The position numbers and the translations under genes are program-made. 64,000 nt of DNA from NCBI GenBank assembly GCA_963844965.1, contig CAWJQC010000007.1:96001-160000 (forward strand), written 5' to 3'. Shown piece by piece: positions 46,738 through 56,436 of this stretch; position 1 is the first letter of the stretch, and the number at the start of each line of letters is the position of its first letter. The notes beneath the pieces were generated by a model. That model ran no database searches, was not told where the DNA came from, and worked only from the letters and a program-made list of their open reading frames with translations. Source of the stretch: an uncultured bacterium. GTDB taxonomy: Bacteria > Patescibacteriota > Minisyncoccia > UBA6257 > 2-01-FULL-56-20.

Positions 46738-47767
46738 ATGCCGGAAACAAGGACATCTGAAATTTCGTGGGTTACTCTGTGGCGGATTTTGTTTTTCGCC
46801 TTGCTTGTCGCGGTTCTCTACCTGGGGAGGCAGATTCTTTTGGGGTTATTTCTTGCCATAATTATTTCGTCGGGCATAGAGGTGGTGGTGAATTTTTTTG
46901 AGAGGGTGGGCATACCGAGAACGCTAGGTGTGATTTTGCTTTTTCTTGCCGGCTTGGTGCTCATAATTATTGTCATTTATACGGTTATTCCCCTGATAGT
47001 GGTTGATTTGAATTCCATTTTTTTCGGTTTTGATAAGTCAACGGCCGGCGTCATTTGGACATCACTCGTAGAGTCTGAGAACTTCGCAGTCGGTAAACAC
47101 GCTTCTGAGCGGTCTTTCGCAGCAATTTTTTTCCGGGAGCGCTTCTCCTTTGGATGTTTTTTCAAAGACTCTCGGAAGTTTCGGGCTTGTCATGGCGGTG
47201 ATCGTAAGTTCGTTTTATTTGAGCATAAGCCGCGACGGAGTGGAGAGGTTTATAAAAGCCGTGCTGCCCGCCGATTACGAGAAGTCGGCTTTGAGCATCT
47301 ATGAGCGCTCAAGGAAGAGAATTGGCTTTTGGTTCCGAACGCAGATTTTTTTGAGTCTGCTAATCGGGCTTTCGGTTTGGGGAGTGCTCGTTCTTCTTGG
47401 CGTGAGGCACGCTTTTCTCCTCGGCATAGCGGCGGCTATTTTTGAAATTGTCCCCTATGTGGGCCCAATTCTTTCCGGCGCGCTCGCGGTTCTTATGGCG
47501 CTTTCCACGTCCGTATCCCTCGCGCTTTATACTTTGATAGCATTTCTAATTATCCAGCAACTTGAATCACACGTATTGGTGCCGCTTTTGATGAGGCGCG
47601 CCGTTGGTTTGCATCCGGTGATAGTCATCATCGCTCTCTTAATCGGCATAGAGGTCGGCGGAGTTTTGGGTGCCTTGATCTCCGTTCCGGCAGCCGCGGT
47701 TTTTGAAGAGGCGCTTGACGAATGGTCGCAGAAGAAACGGCCGAAAGAACCGGAACCCGTTATTTAA
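46738..47767 (+). pseudogene. AI-2E (PerM/UPF0118) family transporter with an apparent +1 frameshift near 47070-47100
   Basis: Two overlapping ORFs (46738-47304, 47150-47767) in different frames together span an AI-2E-like membrane protein. Frame 2 opens right after a stop at 47069-47071. Confidence 0.5.
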
Positions 47768-47875
47768 TGCAATCCGAAAAATCCGAATTTCATCCGAATG
47801 ACCCAAATAGAATAAACAAAAACCATTTGGAGCATTCGGATGTATTCGCAGATTCGGATTGCTGTAGCGAAGCGT

Positions 47876-48439
47876 ATGAAAAAGTTTTACATTACGACGA
47901 CGCTTCCTTATGTGAACGCGCCGCCCCATATCGGTTTCGCTCTGGAGATTATCCAGGCGGATGTCATCGCCCGCTCCCGAAAGCTCGCGGGCGATGATGT
48001 GTTCTTTAATACGGGGACGGACGAGCACGGCTTGAAAGTATATCGCAGAGCGGTGGAAGAAAAAAAAGACCCGCAGGTTTACGTAAATGAATGTGCGGAG
48101 AAGTACGAAGATTTAAAACGTACGCTTGGCGCTGATTACACGAATTTTATCCGCACGACCGATCCCCATCACGTGAATGCCACGCGGGAATTTTGGAGAA
48201 AGTGCGACGAAAACGGTTATATCGAAAAAAAGCTCTATAAGATCAAGTACTGTGTTGGCTGCGAACTGGAAAAAACCGACTCCGAGCTTGAGAACGGCCG
48301 TTGCATAATTCACCCGAATCTTGAGATTGAAATAATAGAGGAAGAAAATTATTTTTTTCAATTCTCCCGGTATCCAGAAGTCCCTCCTCGTGCTTTACGA
48401 AAAATATCCGGATTTTGTTTTGCCAAGCGCAGCGTTTAA
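47876..48439 (+). CDS. metG: methionyl-tRNA synthetase, N-terminal fragment (frameshifted)
   Basis: PYVNAPPHIGFALE HIGH region. ORF-track start 47840, but the MKKFYITTTLPY start at 47876 is typical. Confidence 0.8.
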   Translation: MKKFYITTTLPYVNAPPHIGFALEIIQADVIARSRKLAGDDVFFNTGTDEHGLKVYRRAVEEKKDPQVYVNECAEKYEDLKRTLGADYTNFIRTTDPHHVNATREFWRKCDENGYIEKKLYKIKYCVGCELEKTDSELENGRCIIHPNLEIEIIEEENYFFQFSRYPEVPPRALRKISGFCFAKRSV

Positions 48440-48454
48440 ATGAGATAAAAAAAT

Positions 48455-49276
48455 TTGTTGAGGGCGGCTTGCAGGATTTCAGCGTTTCGCGCCTCAAAAA
48501 AAAGATGCCGTGGGGCATTTCCGTCCCCGGGGGACGAAGAGCATGTGATGTATGTTTGGTTTGACGCTTTGGTGAATTATGTATCGGCTTTGGGCTGGCC
48601 GGAGAACAAAAAGAAGTTCGCCGATTTTTGGGGGACAGAAGCGGCGCCGAATGCCGTGCAGATCGCGGGAAAAGACAATCTTCGCCAACAGTCGGCAATG
48701 TGGCAAGCGATGCTTATGGCGGCCGGATTGCCCACTTCGCGGCAGATTCTCATACACGGTTTTATTACTAGCGGCGGCAGTAAGATGAGCAAAAGCTTGG
48801 GCAACGTGGCGGACCCGTTCTTTTTGGTCCAAAAATACGGCACGGACGCATTGCGCTACTGGCTACTGCGTGAGATTCCCGCCTTTGAAGACGGAGATTT
48901 TGAGGAAGAAAAATTGCGCGAGCGGTACAATGGCGACCTAGCGAACGGATTGGGAAATTTTGCCGCGCGCGTTTTAACGCTCGGCGCCGGCCTCGGTAAA
49001 GTTTCGGAAGGTTTAAAACCCGATGCCGAGATATCGGGATATATAGAAAAAACAAAAAAGGTGGTTTCGGAAAAAACGGAAGGATTCAAATTCCACGAGG
49101 CGCTTGCCGCGATTTGGGATTTGACCGGCTTCGGCGATTCGTATGTGAATAAGACCGCGCCGTGGGGGATAAAGGATGCGGCGGAAAAAACACAGACAGT
49201 TTTCAATTTGGTAGTGATTTTGGATAATGTGGCGGCGATGCTTCGGCCATTTTTGCCGGGAACGCGCGCAAGATAA
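48455..49276 (+). CDS. metG: methionyl-tRNA synthetase, C-terminal fragment (frameshifted)
   Basis: HVMYVWFDALVNY and KMSKS motif GGSKMSKSLGNV. First about 25 codons of this ORF are out-of-frame read-through. Confidence 0.8.
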   Translation: MLRAACRISAFRASKKRCRGAFPSPGDEEHVMYVWFDALVNYVSALGWPENKKKFADFWGTEAAPNAVQIAGKDNLRQQSAMWQAMLMAAGLPTSRQILIHGFITSGGSKMSKSLGNVADPFFLVQKYGTDALRYWLLREIPAFEDGDFEEEKLRERYNGDLANGLGNFAARVLTLGAGLGKVSEGLKPDAEISGYIEKTKKVVSEKTEGFKFHEALAAIWDLTGFGDSYVNKTAPWGIKDAAEKTQTVFNLVVILDNVAAMLRPFLPGTRAR

Positions 49277-49338
49277 CTGAGTGCATAAATTGGGACGGCG
49301 AACTGAAAATAAAAAAGGGCGGGATTTATTCCCGCGCC

Positions 49339-50052
49339 TTAAATAGAAGTCAGAATGGTCTGTATGGCCGTTTGTACTTGAAGCATGGAACATATTGCTT
49401 TCTCGCCATGTTTTGGAAAATCTGGCGCGGCTTCCATAACCCGCTGATGCGAGTGATAGCCGCCGCTGAAGCCGATGGTGTTCAGTACTTGTCCGTGAGT
49501 GCTGTTGTACCATCTGGCAGCCAGTTTTTTGGCGGCAATCAGGCCATCGCGGGTGTCATCTACATATACGGCATTTTTCCAATCAATGAGGCCGTCGATA
49601 AAAGCGAATACATCCCAGAATGCCTCGGTTTTATCAAAAGAGCTGCCGCAGGCGAAAAGTAAAACATGAGGTGGCGTCAAACCCAGCACCTTTAATTTTT
49701 CCCAGAGAATGCCGTGGTCTTCGGCACTTAGGATGCCGACCGCAGCACCCAACAATTTGCAGGAGTTGATGAGTTCTGCGGCTCCATCGCGCAGCTTTGC
49801 TTCATTGTGGTGCTCGTCAAGGTATGATTTGCGGATTGTGTTTAGGCGTTCGGGCGTGGCGGTTTCCGGTATGCCGTGCCGGCGATAGAAATCCATGAAA
49901 TCAGCTCCGATTTCCGAACGGTATTCGTCAATGGTCGGAGCCGGTAAGCCGAAGGAGTTGAAGATTCGCGTCACGCTGCCATAATTTAATAATAGGTCGT
50001 CCCAAAGCGTTCCATTCCAGTCCAGGACAATGACGGTTTGTTCCTGTCGCAT
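49339..50052 (-). CDS. HAD-superfamily hydrolase
   Basis: Motif I VIVLDWNGTL (DxDGT-like) and YVDDTRDG near the C-terminus. Start MRQEQ at 50052. Confidence 0.6.
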   Translation of the reverse strand: MRQEQTVIVLDWNGTLWDDLLLNYGSVTRIFNSFGLPAPTIDEYRSEIGADFMDFYRRHGIPETATPERLNTIRKSYLDEHHNEAKLRDGAAELINSCKLLGAAVGILSAEDHGILWEKLKVLGLTPPHVLLFACGSSFDKTEAFWDVFAFIDGLIDWKNAVYVDDTRDGLIAAKKLAARWYNSTHGQVLNTIGFSGGYHSHQRVMEAAPDFPKHGEKAICSMLQVQTAIQTILTSI

Positions 50053-50100
50053 GCAGCTCCTTTTTAACAATTAAACTGGATTTATGATAAATTAATTCAT

Positions 50101-50529
50101 ATGGACCGTCAATCGGAAAAATCAATTTTTTTTGACGCGCACACGCATGTTCAATTTCAGGCGTTCGCTGGCGATTATAAGGAAGCCGTCGGGCGCGCTT
50201 TGAGTTCGGGCGTCGGCATGGTGAATGTCGGCACACAGAAGGACACCTCGCGGCGGGCCGTGGAAATCGCGCACGAATACGAGAACGAAAAAATTTTCGC
50301 AGCGGTCGGTTTGCATCCGATTCATACCGGTAAATCGTTTCACGACGAGGATGAACTTGGCCTACCGCGGACAGACGCAGATGATACGCAGACAGACGCG
50401 GAAAATTTTCAGCGTAAGTCCGCGTTAAATCCGCATGGGTCGGCGTCTGCTGGCTTCTGGAGCAGGGCGGAGGAATTCGATCATGAGTACTATAAAAAAC
50501 TCGCGCTGGACCAAAAGTTGTGGCGGTAG
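50101..50529 (+). CDS. tatD: TatD-family deoxyribonuclease, N-terminal fragment (frameshifted)
   Basis: FFDAHTHVQF His-ligand motif. Confidence 0.7.
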   Translation: MDRQSEKSIFFDAHTHVQFQAFAGDYKEAVGRALSSGVGMVNVGTQKDTSRRAVEIAHEYENEKIFAAVGLHPIHTGKSFHDEDELGLPRTDADDTQTDAENFQRKSALNPHGSASAGFWSRAEEFDHEYYKKLALDQKLWR

Positions 50530-50614
50530 GGGAATGCGGATTGGACTATTACCGTGCGACAAGCGACATGGGACAAGCGACATGGAATGAAATGAAGGCG
50601 CTAAACAGAGGCAG

Positions 50615-51073
50615 GTGCTTGGGGCACAGATACAACTTGCGCGGGAAATAAAAAAGCCCTTAATGCTCCACTGCCGAGACGGAAAAAAGTCCGGCACGGG
50701 GCCGGCATTTGATGATTTGGTTAATATTTTAGAGAGTCATGCGGCAGGTGTTCCCTTTGTGAGCCACTCTTTCGTCCGCAATCTCGGGTTGGCGAAAAAA
50801 TTACTTGATTTGGGTTCGTATTTTTCTTTTAACGGCATTATTACATTCACGCACGATTACGATGAAGTTGTGCGTTTTCTGCCGGTGGACAGGATATTGT
50901 CCGAGACAGATGCGCCGTATCTCGCGCCTGTGCCCCATAGGGGCAAACGCAACGAACCGGCGTATGTGGTAGAGGTTGTTAAGAAGATGGCGGAAATAAG
51001 AGGCCTTTCGATTGAAAAGATGGCAGAGCAGATTCGGGAAAATACGGGAAAAATTTTCGGTTTGAGATTTTGA
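50615..51073 (+). CDS. tatD: TatD-family deoxyribonuclease, C-terminal fragment (frameshifted)
   Basis: PLMLHCRD, SETDAPYL and RNEPAYV motifs. Third frame 50520-50612 encodes VAVGECGLDYYR. Confidence 0.7.
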   Translation: MLGAQIQLAREIKKPLMLHCRDGKKSGTGPAFDDLVNILESHAAGVPFVSHSFVRNLGLAKKLLDLGSYFSFNGIITFTHDYDEVVRFLPVDRILSETDAPYLAPVPHRGKRNEPAYVVEVVKKMAEIRGLSIEKMAEQIRENTGKIFGLRF

Positions 51074-51150
51074 GAGGCACATAAACAAAAAAGTTTACAC
51101 CGGTGGGGCAGTTGTTAACCGCGTTTTTTTGAGTTACAATTTTTTTAACG

Positions 51151-54100
51151 ATGAAGAAGTATAACTTCGGAGAAATAGAGAAAAAGTGGCAGGAGGCGTG
51201 GGAGAAAGAAGAGCTTTACCGTGCCGACGACAAGAGCAAGAGAGAAAAAAAATATGTTCTGATTGAATTTCCGTATCCGTCTGGCGAGGGGCTACACATG
51301 GGGCACCTCCGGCCTTATGTTGCTGGAGACGTTTATAGCCGCCATTTGCGGATGTGCGGATATGAAGTTATGTATCCTATCGGCTGGGACGCGTTCGGAC
51401 TGCCCGCGGAGAACTATGCCATCAAGAACGGAATTCAACCGTCAATCTCAACGGCGCGGAACGTGAAAAATGCGAAGCAGCAGCTCAAAAGCTGGGGGAT
51501 GGGTTTTGACTGGTCGCGCGAGATAAATACGACCGACCCGAATTACTATAAATGGACACAGTGGATATTCCTGCAGCTTTGGAAAGCCGGCCTGGCTTAT
51601 GAAGCCACCGGTCTTATAAATTGGTGCCCGAAGGACAAAACCGGTTTGGCGAATGAGGAGGTAATTAACGGTTGCTGCGAGCGTTGCGGGGCGCTCGTGG
51701 AAAAAAAGGAAATGCGGCAGTGGTACCTCAAAATTACCGCCTACGCCGAAAAACTCTTGGAAGGTTTGAAGACGCTTGATTGGCCGGAAAAAATAAAAGT
51801 TCAGCAGGAAAACTGGATCGGCCGTTCGGAAGGAGCGGAAATAGATTTTGAAGTCGCTGGGCAAAAACCGAAGAAGGTAATATTGATGCATGGGAAAGAT
51901 GCAAATCCTGACGAAAAGTGGTATCCGTGGCTTGCGGAAGAAGTTCAAGAGCGCTGTACTAAATTTATTGCGCCTCGTCTGCCGGAATCCGACAATCCCG
52001 AACTTGAAGCATGGCTTCGTGAAATAGAAAAAGCGAATCCCGATGAAGATACTATTCTTATTGGACATTCTCGCGGTGGGGTGGCGATTTTGAGGTGGCT
52101 GGAAAATCTTAGGTCGGGGAAAGTCGTTAAAAAGGTAATAATAGTAGCTTCGGACAGGGGAGATGCCAAAAAGGAATCGCGGGGTTTTTTTGGCAAACCC
52201 TACGATTTCAAAAAAATACGGTCTCATTGCGACAGTTTTGTTGTTCTACATTCAAGGGACGATGAATGGGTGCCATTTGAAGCGGGTGAATATATTGCCA
52301 AAAATCTGAACGCCAACTTTTTGATTTTTGACGGCAGGGGACACTTCGGAAAAAAATTGCCAAAACAGGAAATTTCCGAACTCGTTGGTGAAATTTTTCC
52401 GAGTATCAAGGTTTTCACCACCCGCCCCGACACGCTTTTCGGTGCGACGTATATGGTTTTGTCGCCGGAACACGAACTTATATTAAAAATTAAAAATCAA
52501 ATATTAAATTGGGGGGAAGTTGAAAAATATATAAAAGTTGCTCAGGGCAAATCAGAGGAAGAACGTATTGCCGAAGGAAAGGAAAAAACCGGCGTGGAGC
52601 TCAAAGGAATCAAGGCGATTAATCCGGCGACGAAGGAAGAAGTTCCCATTTGGGTGGCGGATTATGTGCTTGCGGGATATGGCACGGGCGCGATCATGGC
52701 TGTGCCGGCGCACGACGAACGGGATTTTGAATTTGCGAAGAGGTATAAATTACCGATCAGGGAAGTTATAGCCCCGCTATTTATCGAGAAAGGAGGTCTA
52801 GATGCTTGGAGAGAGACCGGTGTTACAAAAAAACGCAACACAGTCAGTTGTATCATCAAACATTGGTCCGAGGATAAGTACCTTTGTCTGCGCTGGGTGC
52901 ACGATAACTGGCGCGGATTTGTAATCGGTGGCGTGGAAGGTGGCGAAGACATCATAGAAGCTGCCTGTAGGGAAATACGAGAAGAAACCGGATTCAAGAA
53001 TGTAAAATTTATAAAAGTACTTGGAAACGAGATTCACTATAAATTTTTTGCCTCCCATAAAAACGAAAACAGATGGAATGTTGGTCACGGGATTTATTTC
53101 GAACTCTTGAATGGCGAAAGTGATGAAATTTCTGAACAAGAAAAGAAATTGCATAGCGTTGTGTGGATTGATAAGGATAAAGTGGCCGATTTTATCGCCA
53201 ACGACCCCAGCGATTCTTTGTTGTGGGAGCGCCTTAATGGCGTATCGCGGCCGTTTATTGAGGAAGGAGTTCTGGTTGGTTCTGATAAATTCACCGGTAT
53301 GAATTCCGAAAAAGCCAAATGGGAAATTACGAAACTCGTCGGTGGGAAGAAACAAATTCAATATCGCCTGCGCGACTGGGTTTTTTCGCGCCAGCGCTAT
53401 TGGGGCGAGCCGATTCCGCTCGTCCACTGCGCGAAGTGCGGGATTGTTCCCGTGCCGGAAGAGGAATTGCCGCTGAAACTCCCGGAAGTGGAGAAATACG
53501 AACCTACCGGCACCGGCGAATCGCCGCTTGCTGCCGTGGATTCCTGGGTGAATACAAAGTGTCCTGAGTGCGGCGGGAGAGCGAAACGTGAAACTAACAC
53601 CATGCCGCAGTGGGCCGGAAGTTCGTGGTATTACCTCGCATACATAATGCGAGGAATTTCCCCGCCCGCGCCGACGCTTCGGCGGGCAGGCAATTTCCCC
53701 GCCAAAGGCGAGGCTAGCCAAGAGCTACAATTTCCAATTTCCAAATATCAAGAAGCTTTTAGGCATTGGCTGCCGGTTGACGTTTATTTCGGCGGCATGG
53801 AGCATACGACGCTTCATCTTCTTTATTCGCGGTTTTGGCACCAATTTCTCTACGATAAAAAATTCGTGCCGACGCCGGAACCTTATCTGCGTCGCGTGCC
53901 GCACGGGATAATTCTCGGTCCCGACGGCGAGAAGATGTCTAAAAGCCGCGGCAATATCGTGAGTCCCGACGAAATCGTGAAAAATTTTGGAGCGGATTGC
54001 CTCCGCATGTACGAACTATTCCTTGGTCCGCACGAGGCGACGGTTAGCTGGAAAAGCGAGGGCATTTTGGGGATTTCGCGGTTTCTGGAGCGCGTTTGGA

Positions 54101-54195
54101 AATTCTATGGAGTAATCGCGAATAATGCGAACCATGGACAAAATAATGCGAATGTTACAAGAAATTTACAACGGACGATCAAAAAAGATCACTGA
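51151..54195 (+). CDS. leuS: leucyl-tRNA synthetase carrying inserted serine-hydrolase and Nudix domains (main part, before +1 frameshift)
   Basis: HMGHLRPY (HIGH), NWIGRSEGAEIDF, TTRPDTLFGATY, AHDERDFEFA, YRLRDWVFSRQRYWGEPIP, KMSKSRGN. Insert 1 at about 51859-52401 (GHSRGG, D, H triad). Insert 2 at about 52783-53257 (Nudix box GGVEGGEDIIEAACREIREETGF). Confidence 0.9.
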   Translation: MKKYNFGEIEKKWQEAWEKEELYRADDKSKREKKYVLIEFPYPSGEGLHMGHLRPYVAGDVYSRHLRMCGYEVMYPIGWDAFGLPAENYAIKNGIQPSISTARNVKNAKQQLKSWGMGFDWSREINTTDPNYYKWTQWIFLQLWKAGLAYEATGLINWCPKDKTGLANEEVINGCCERCGALVEKKEMRQWYLKITAYAEKLLEGLKTLDWPEKIKVQQENWIGRSEGAEIDFEVAGQKPKKVILMHGKDANPDEKWYPWLAEEVQERCTKFIAPRLPESDNPELEAWLREIEKANPDEDTILIGHSRGGVAILRWLENLRSGKVVKKVIIVASDRGDAKKESRGFFGKPYDFKKIRSHCDSFVVLHSRDDEWVPFEAGEYIAKNLNANFLIFDGRGHFGKKLPKQEISELVGEIFPSIKVFTTRPDTLFGATYMVLSPEHELILKIKNQILNWGEVEKYIKVAQGKSEEERIAEGKEKTGVELKGIKAINPATKEEVPIWVADYVLAGYGTGAIMAVPAHDERDFEFAKRYKLPIREVIAPLFIEKGGLDAWRETGVTKKRNTVSCIIKHWSEDKYLCLRWVHDNWRGFVIGGVEGGEDIIEAACREIREETGFKNVKFIKVLGNEIHYKFFASHKNENRWNVGHGIYFELLNGESDEISEQEKKLHSVVWIDKDKVADFIANDPSDSLLWERLNGVSRPFIEEGVLVGSDKFTGMNSEKAKWEITKLVGGKKQIQYRLRDWVFSRQRYWGEPIPLVHCAKCGIVPVPEEELPLKLPEVEKYEPTGTGESPLAAVDSWVNTKCPECGGRAKRETNTMPQWAGSSWYYLAYIMRGISPPAPTLRRAGNFPAKGEASQELQFPISKYQEAFRHWLPVDVYFGGMEHTTLHLLYSRFWHQFLYDKKFVPTPEPYLRRVPHGIILGPDGEKMSKSRGNIVSPDEIVKNFGADCLRMYELFLGPHEATVSWKSEGILGISRFLERVWKFYGVIANNANHGQNNANVTRNLQRTIKKDH

Positions 54196-54610
54196 AGATA
54201 TTGAAACATTCCACTACAATACTGCCATTAGCGCACTTATGATACTCTTGAACGACCTTGAAAAGACCGGCGCGGGAAAAGAAGTCGGAGAAATATTTTT
54301 GAAACTTCTCGCTCCGTTCGCTCCGCACATAACGGAGGAATTGTGGGGTGGGGCGTTTGGCAAAAAAACTTCCATCCATCGCGAGGCGTGGCCACAATAC
54401 GACGCAAATTTGATAAAAGAGGAAACATTCACGCTCGTGATCCAGGTGAATGGCAAAGTGCGTGACAGCGTGGAGGCGGCCGCGGGCGTAAGCGAATCGG
54501 AAGCGAAAGAGCTGGCTTTGGGCAGGGAAAAAATTAAAAATATTCTCGGCTCGGCAAAACCCAAACGCGTGATCTACGTTCCGAGCAAGTTAATTAATAT
54601 TGTGCTTTAA
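54125..54610 (+). CDS. leuS: leucyl-tRNA synthetase, C-terminal anticodon-binding fragment (after +1 frameshift in A6 run 54181-54186)
   Basis: ITEDIETFHYNTAISALMILLN and VIQVNGKVRD are LeuRS C-terminal blocks. Removing one A from the A-run joins ...RTIKK to ITEDIE. Confidence 0.8.
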   Translation: MRTMDKIMRMLQEIYNGRSKKITEDIETFHYNTAISALMILLNDLEKTGAGKEVGEIFLKLLAPFAPHITEELWGGAFGKKTSIHREAWPQYDANLIKEETFTLVIQVNGKVRDSVEAAAGVSESEAKELALGREKIKNILGSAKPKRVIYVPSKLINIVL

Positions 54611-54617
54611 TTAAAGA

Positions 54618-55595
54618 ATGAAGGGAGGAGCGAGGGCAATAATGATATTGATCTTTATAGTGGTGATCGGCGTCGGGATATTTTTAGCTCACTCCGGTTT
54701 TGTCTCTGGTCTTAAGTCCTTCACTTCGGGATTGACCCGCTTGTTCCCACCTTCCTCGTCATCGTCTTCCTCGCAAGGGGGGGTGTCGTCAACGCAACCG
54801 GCATCTTCGCAATCTGCGCCTCCGTCCGTGCCGTGGTATGAACAATCATCCACTCCGCCCGCCAATTCTTCTGCCGCGGTGCCGTGGTATGAACAGACAG
54901 GGACGTCCTCGATTAATCCTTCGGATATTCCAACCGGTTACACGATCGATCAACTCTCGCCGTATTTTCACAGGGTGCGGCTTCGTTACGTCTCGGCCGG
55001 CTCGTTTTATTCGGTTGGGCAGATTTCTTTATACGCGAATCTGAACGGCAGCGATACGGTTGACGTGACGGGATGGATGCTCAGGGCGAACACTGGCGGC
55101 GAAGTTGTGCCGCAGGCGGTGAATTTATACGACCCGTCGGGGCTTGCCGCGCCGGATGATATTGTTTTGAAGAGCGGGGACTACGTGAATATCTACACCT
55201 CGGCAAGCGCCATCGGCGAAAATTTGCGGCTCAACAAATGCACGGGCTATTTGGAGGACACAAATCATTTCAATCCGTCTCTGCCACAAGATTGTCCATC
55301 CATCAGCCAATCCGACATTTCCGGTTTCAGCGGCCAGTGTCAGAATTATATTACGTCTTTGTACAGTTGCGCGCTGCCGGCTCCCAATCCGCCGGTGCCT
55401 CAAAACGATTACGGATGCATCAATTATTTAACCACGATAAACTTTAAAGGGTGTTACGAGAGGCACAGTGGCGACTCCGATTTTCTGAGCCACGAATGGC
55501 GTGTCTGGACCAGCTACACATTTTTGGACCAATATCACGACAAGCTCCAGCTTTTGGACAAAAACGGACTGCTCGTGGATTTGTACCAGTACTAG
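54618..55595 (+). CDS. membrane-anchored LTD-like domain protein with Cys-rich C-terminus
   Basis: TM, S-rich linker, LTD-like VDVTGWMLRANTGGEVVPQAVNLYD...VLKSGDYVNIYTS. Confidence 0.5.
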   Translation: MKGGARAIMILIFIVVIGVGIFLAHSGFVSGLKSFTSGLTRLFPPSSSSSSSQGGVSSTQPASSQSAPPSVPWYEQSSTPPANSSAAVPWYEQTGTSSINPSDIPTGYTIDQLSPYFHRVRLRYVSAGSFYSVGQISLYANLNGSDTVDVTGWMLRANTGGEVVPQAVNLYDPSGLAAPDDIVLKSGDYVNIYTSASAIGENLRLNKCTGYLEDTNHFNPSLPQDCPSISQSDISGFSGQCQNYITSLYSCALPAPNPPVPQNDYGCINYLTTINFKGCYERHSGDSDFLSHEWRVWTSYTFLDQYHDKLQLLDKNGLLVDLYQY

Positions 55596-55640
55596 AAATT
55601 AGAAAATAGGAAACAGGGGAATAAACATAAAAAATCAAAG

Positions 55641-55665
55641 CCGCCTCTTCGGAGGCGGTCTTTTG
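55641..55665. terminator. bidirectional intrinsic terminator between convergent genes
   Basis: ccgcctc-TTCG-gaggcgg with an A-run upstream and TCTTTTG downstream. Confidence 0.6.
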
Positions 55666-55671
55666 AATGGC

Positions 55672-56274
55672 TTAACTTCTGTCATCCGCGTCCATTCTGA
55701 GTCTCGGAGTGTTGCCTTTCTCTGCATGCTCTTCCGCCTGGTATGCCAATTTCTCAATATACATTCTGAAGATTTGCAGACCGGGTTGAAGTACGACGGG
55801 AGACGTTCCTAGATTGGTTAGTTCAACCATCAGTTGGGAGGGTTTGGTAATGCCGTGACCGGGATGGATAAATCCATGTGAAGCGTGGTTCAGAAAGATT
55901 CTACCAAGTTCGGTGGTGTTTTCCAGTTTGGCCAAGAGCCACTTATTGATGCCAAGCGATTCTCTGGTTTGGGCAATAATGCTTTGACCCGAACCTAGAA
56001 CATATCTCCCAAGTCCCATATATGGCTCGAAGGCCGTTTCAATCGACTCTTTGCTTGCGGGATCGATGGGCGTCGTATTTTCACGCGGGATGCGGAAGCG
56101 ATTACCAAGGTGAAGATAATAGCAGATGTTTCCAAGTGATTTTTCGTCGAACGGAACGATAATCAGGGCACCCAGTTCCATAAGTTTTGGGAAAAAGTAG
56201 CCCGGCAGTCGGCCCGATTTAATGTCATCAATCGTGCGTATCTCGTTCAATAGATCTTCCGCCGGTCCGTTCAT
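55672..56274 (-). CDS. dcd: dCTP deaminase-like (dUTPase superfamily)
   Basis: ASHGFIHPGHGITKPSQLMVELTNLGTSPVVLQPGLQI matches the Dcd active-site block. Start MNGPAEDLL at 56274. Confidence 0.6.
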   Translation of the reverse strand: MNGPAEDLLNEIRTIDDIKSGRLPGYFFPKLMELGALIIVPFDEKSLGNICYYLHLGNRFRIPRENTTPIDPASKESIETAFEPYMGLGRYVLGSGQSIIAQTRESLGINKWLLAKLENTTELGRIFLNHASHGFIHPGHGITKPSQLMVELTNLGTSPVVLQPGLQIFRMYIEKLAYQAEEHAEKGNTPRLRMDADDRS

Positions 56275-56436
56275 TGTCGCCCTCCTTATTAATACGCTGC
56301 GATTAGTATATAACACAGTTAATCGCTCCACAAGTCCGCTGTTGCTTATTTTTTGCGTTGCAGTATAATGCGGCTATCCGGTTGAGCTTCGCTCGCCGGA
56401 AATTAAAAGCTCCTTGAGAGCTCGGAGGTACGGGAT

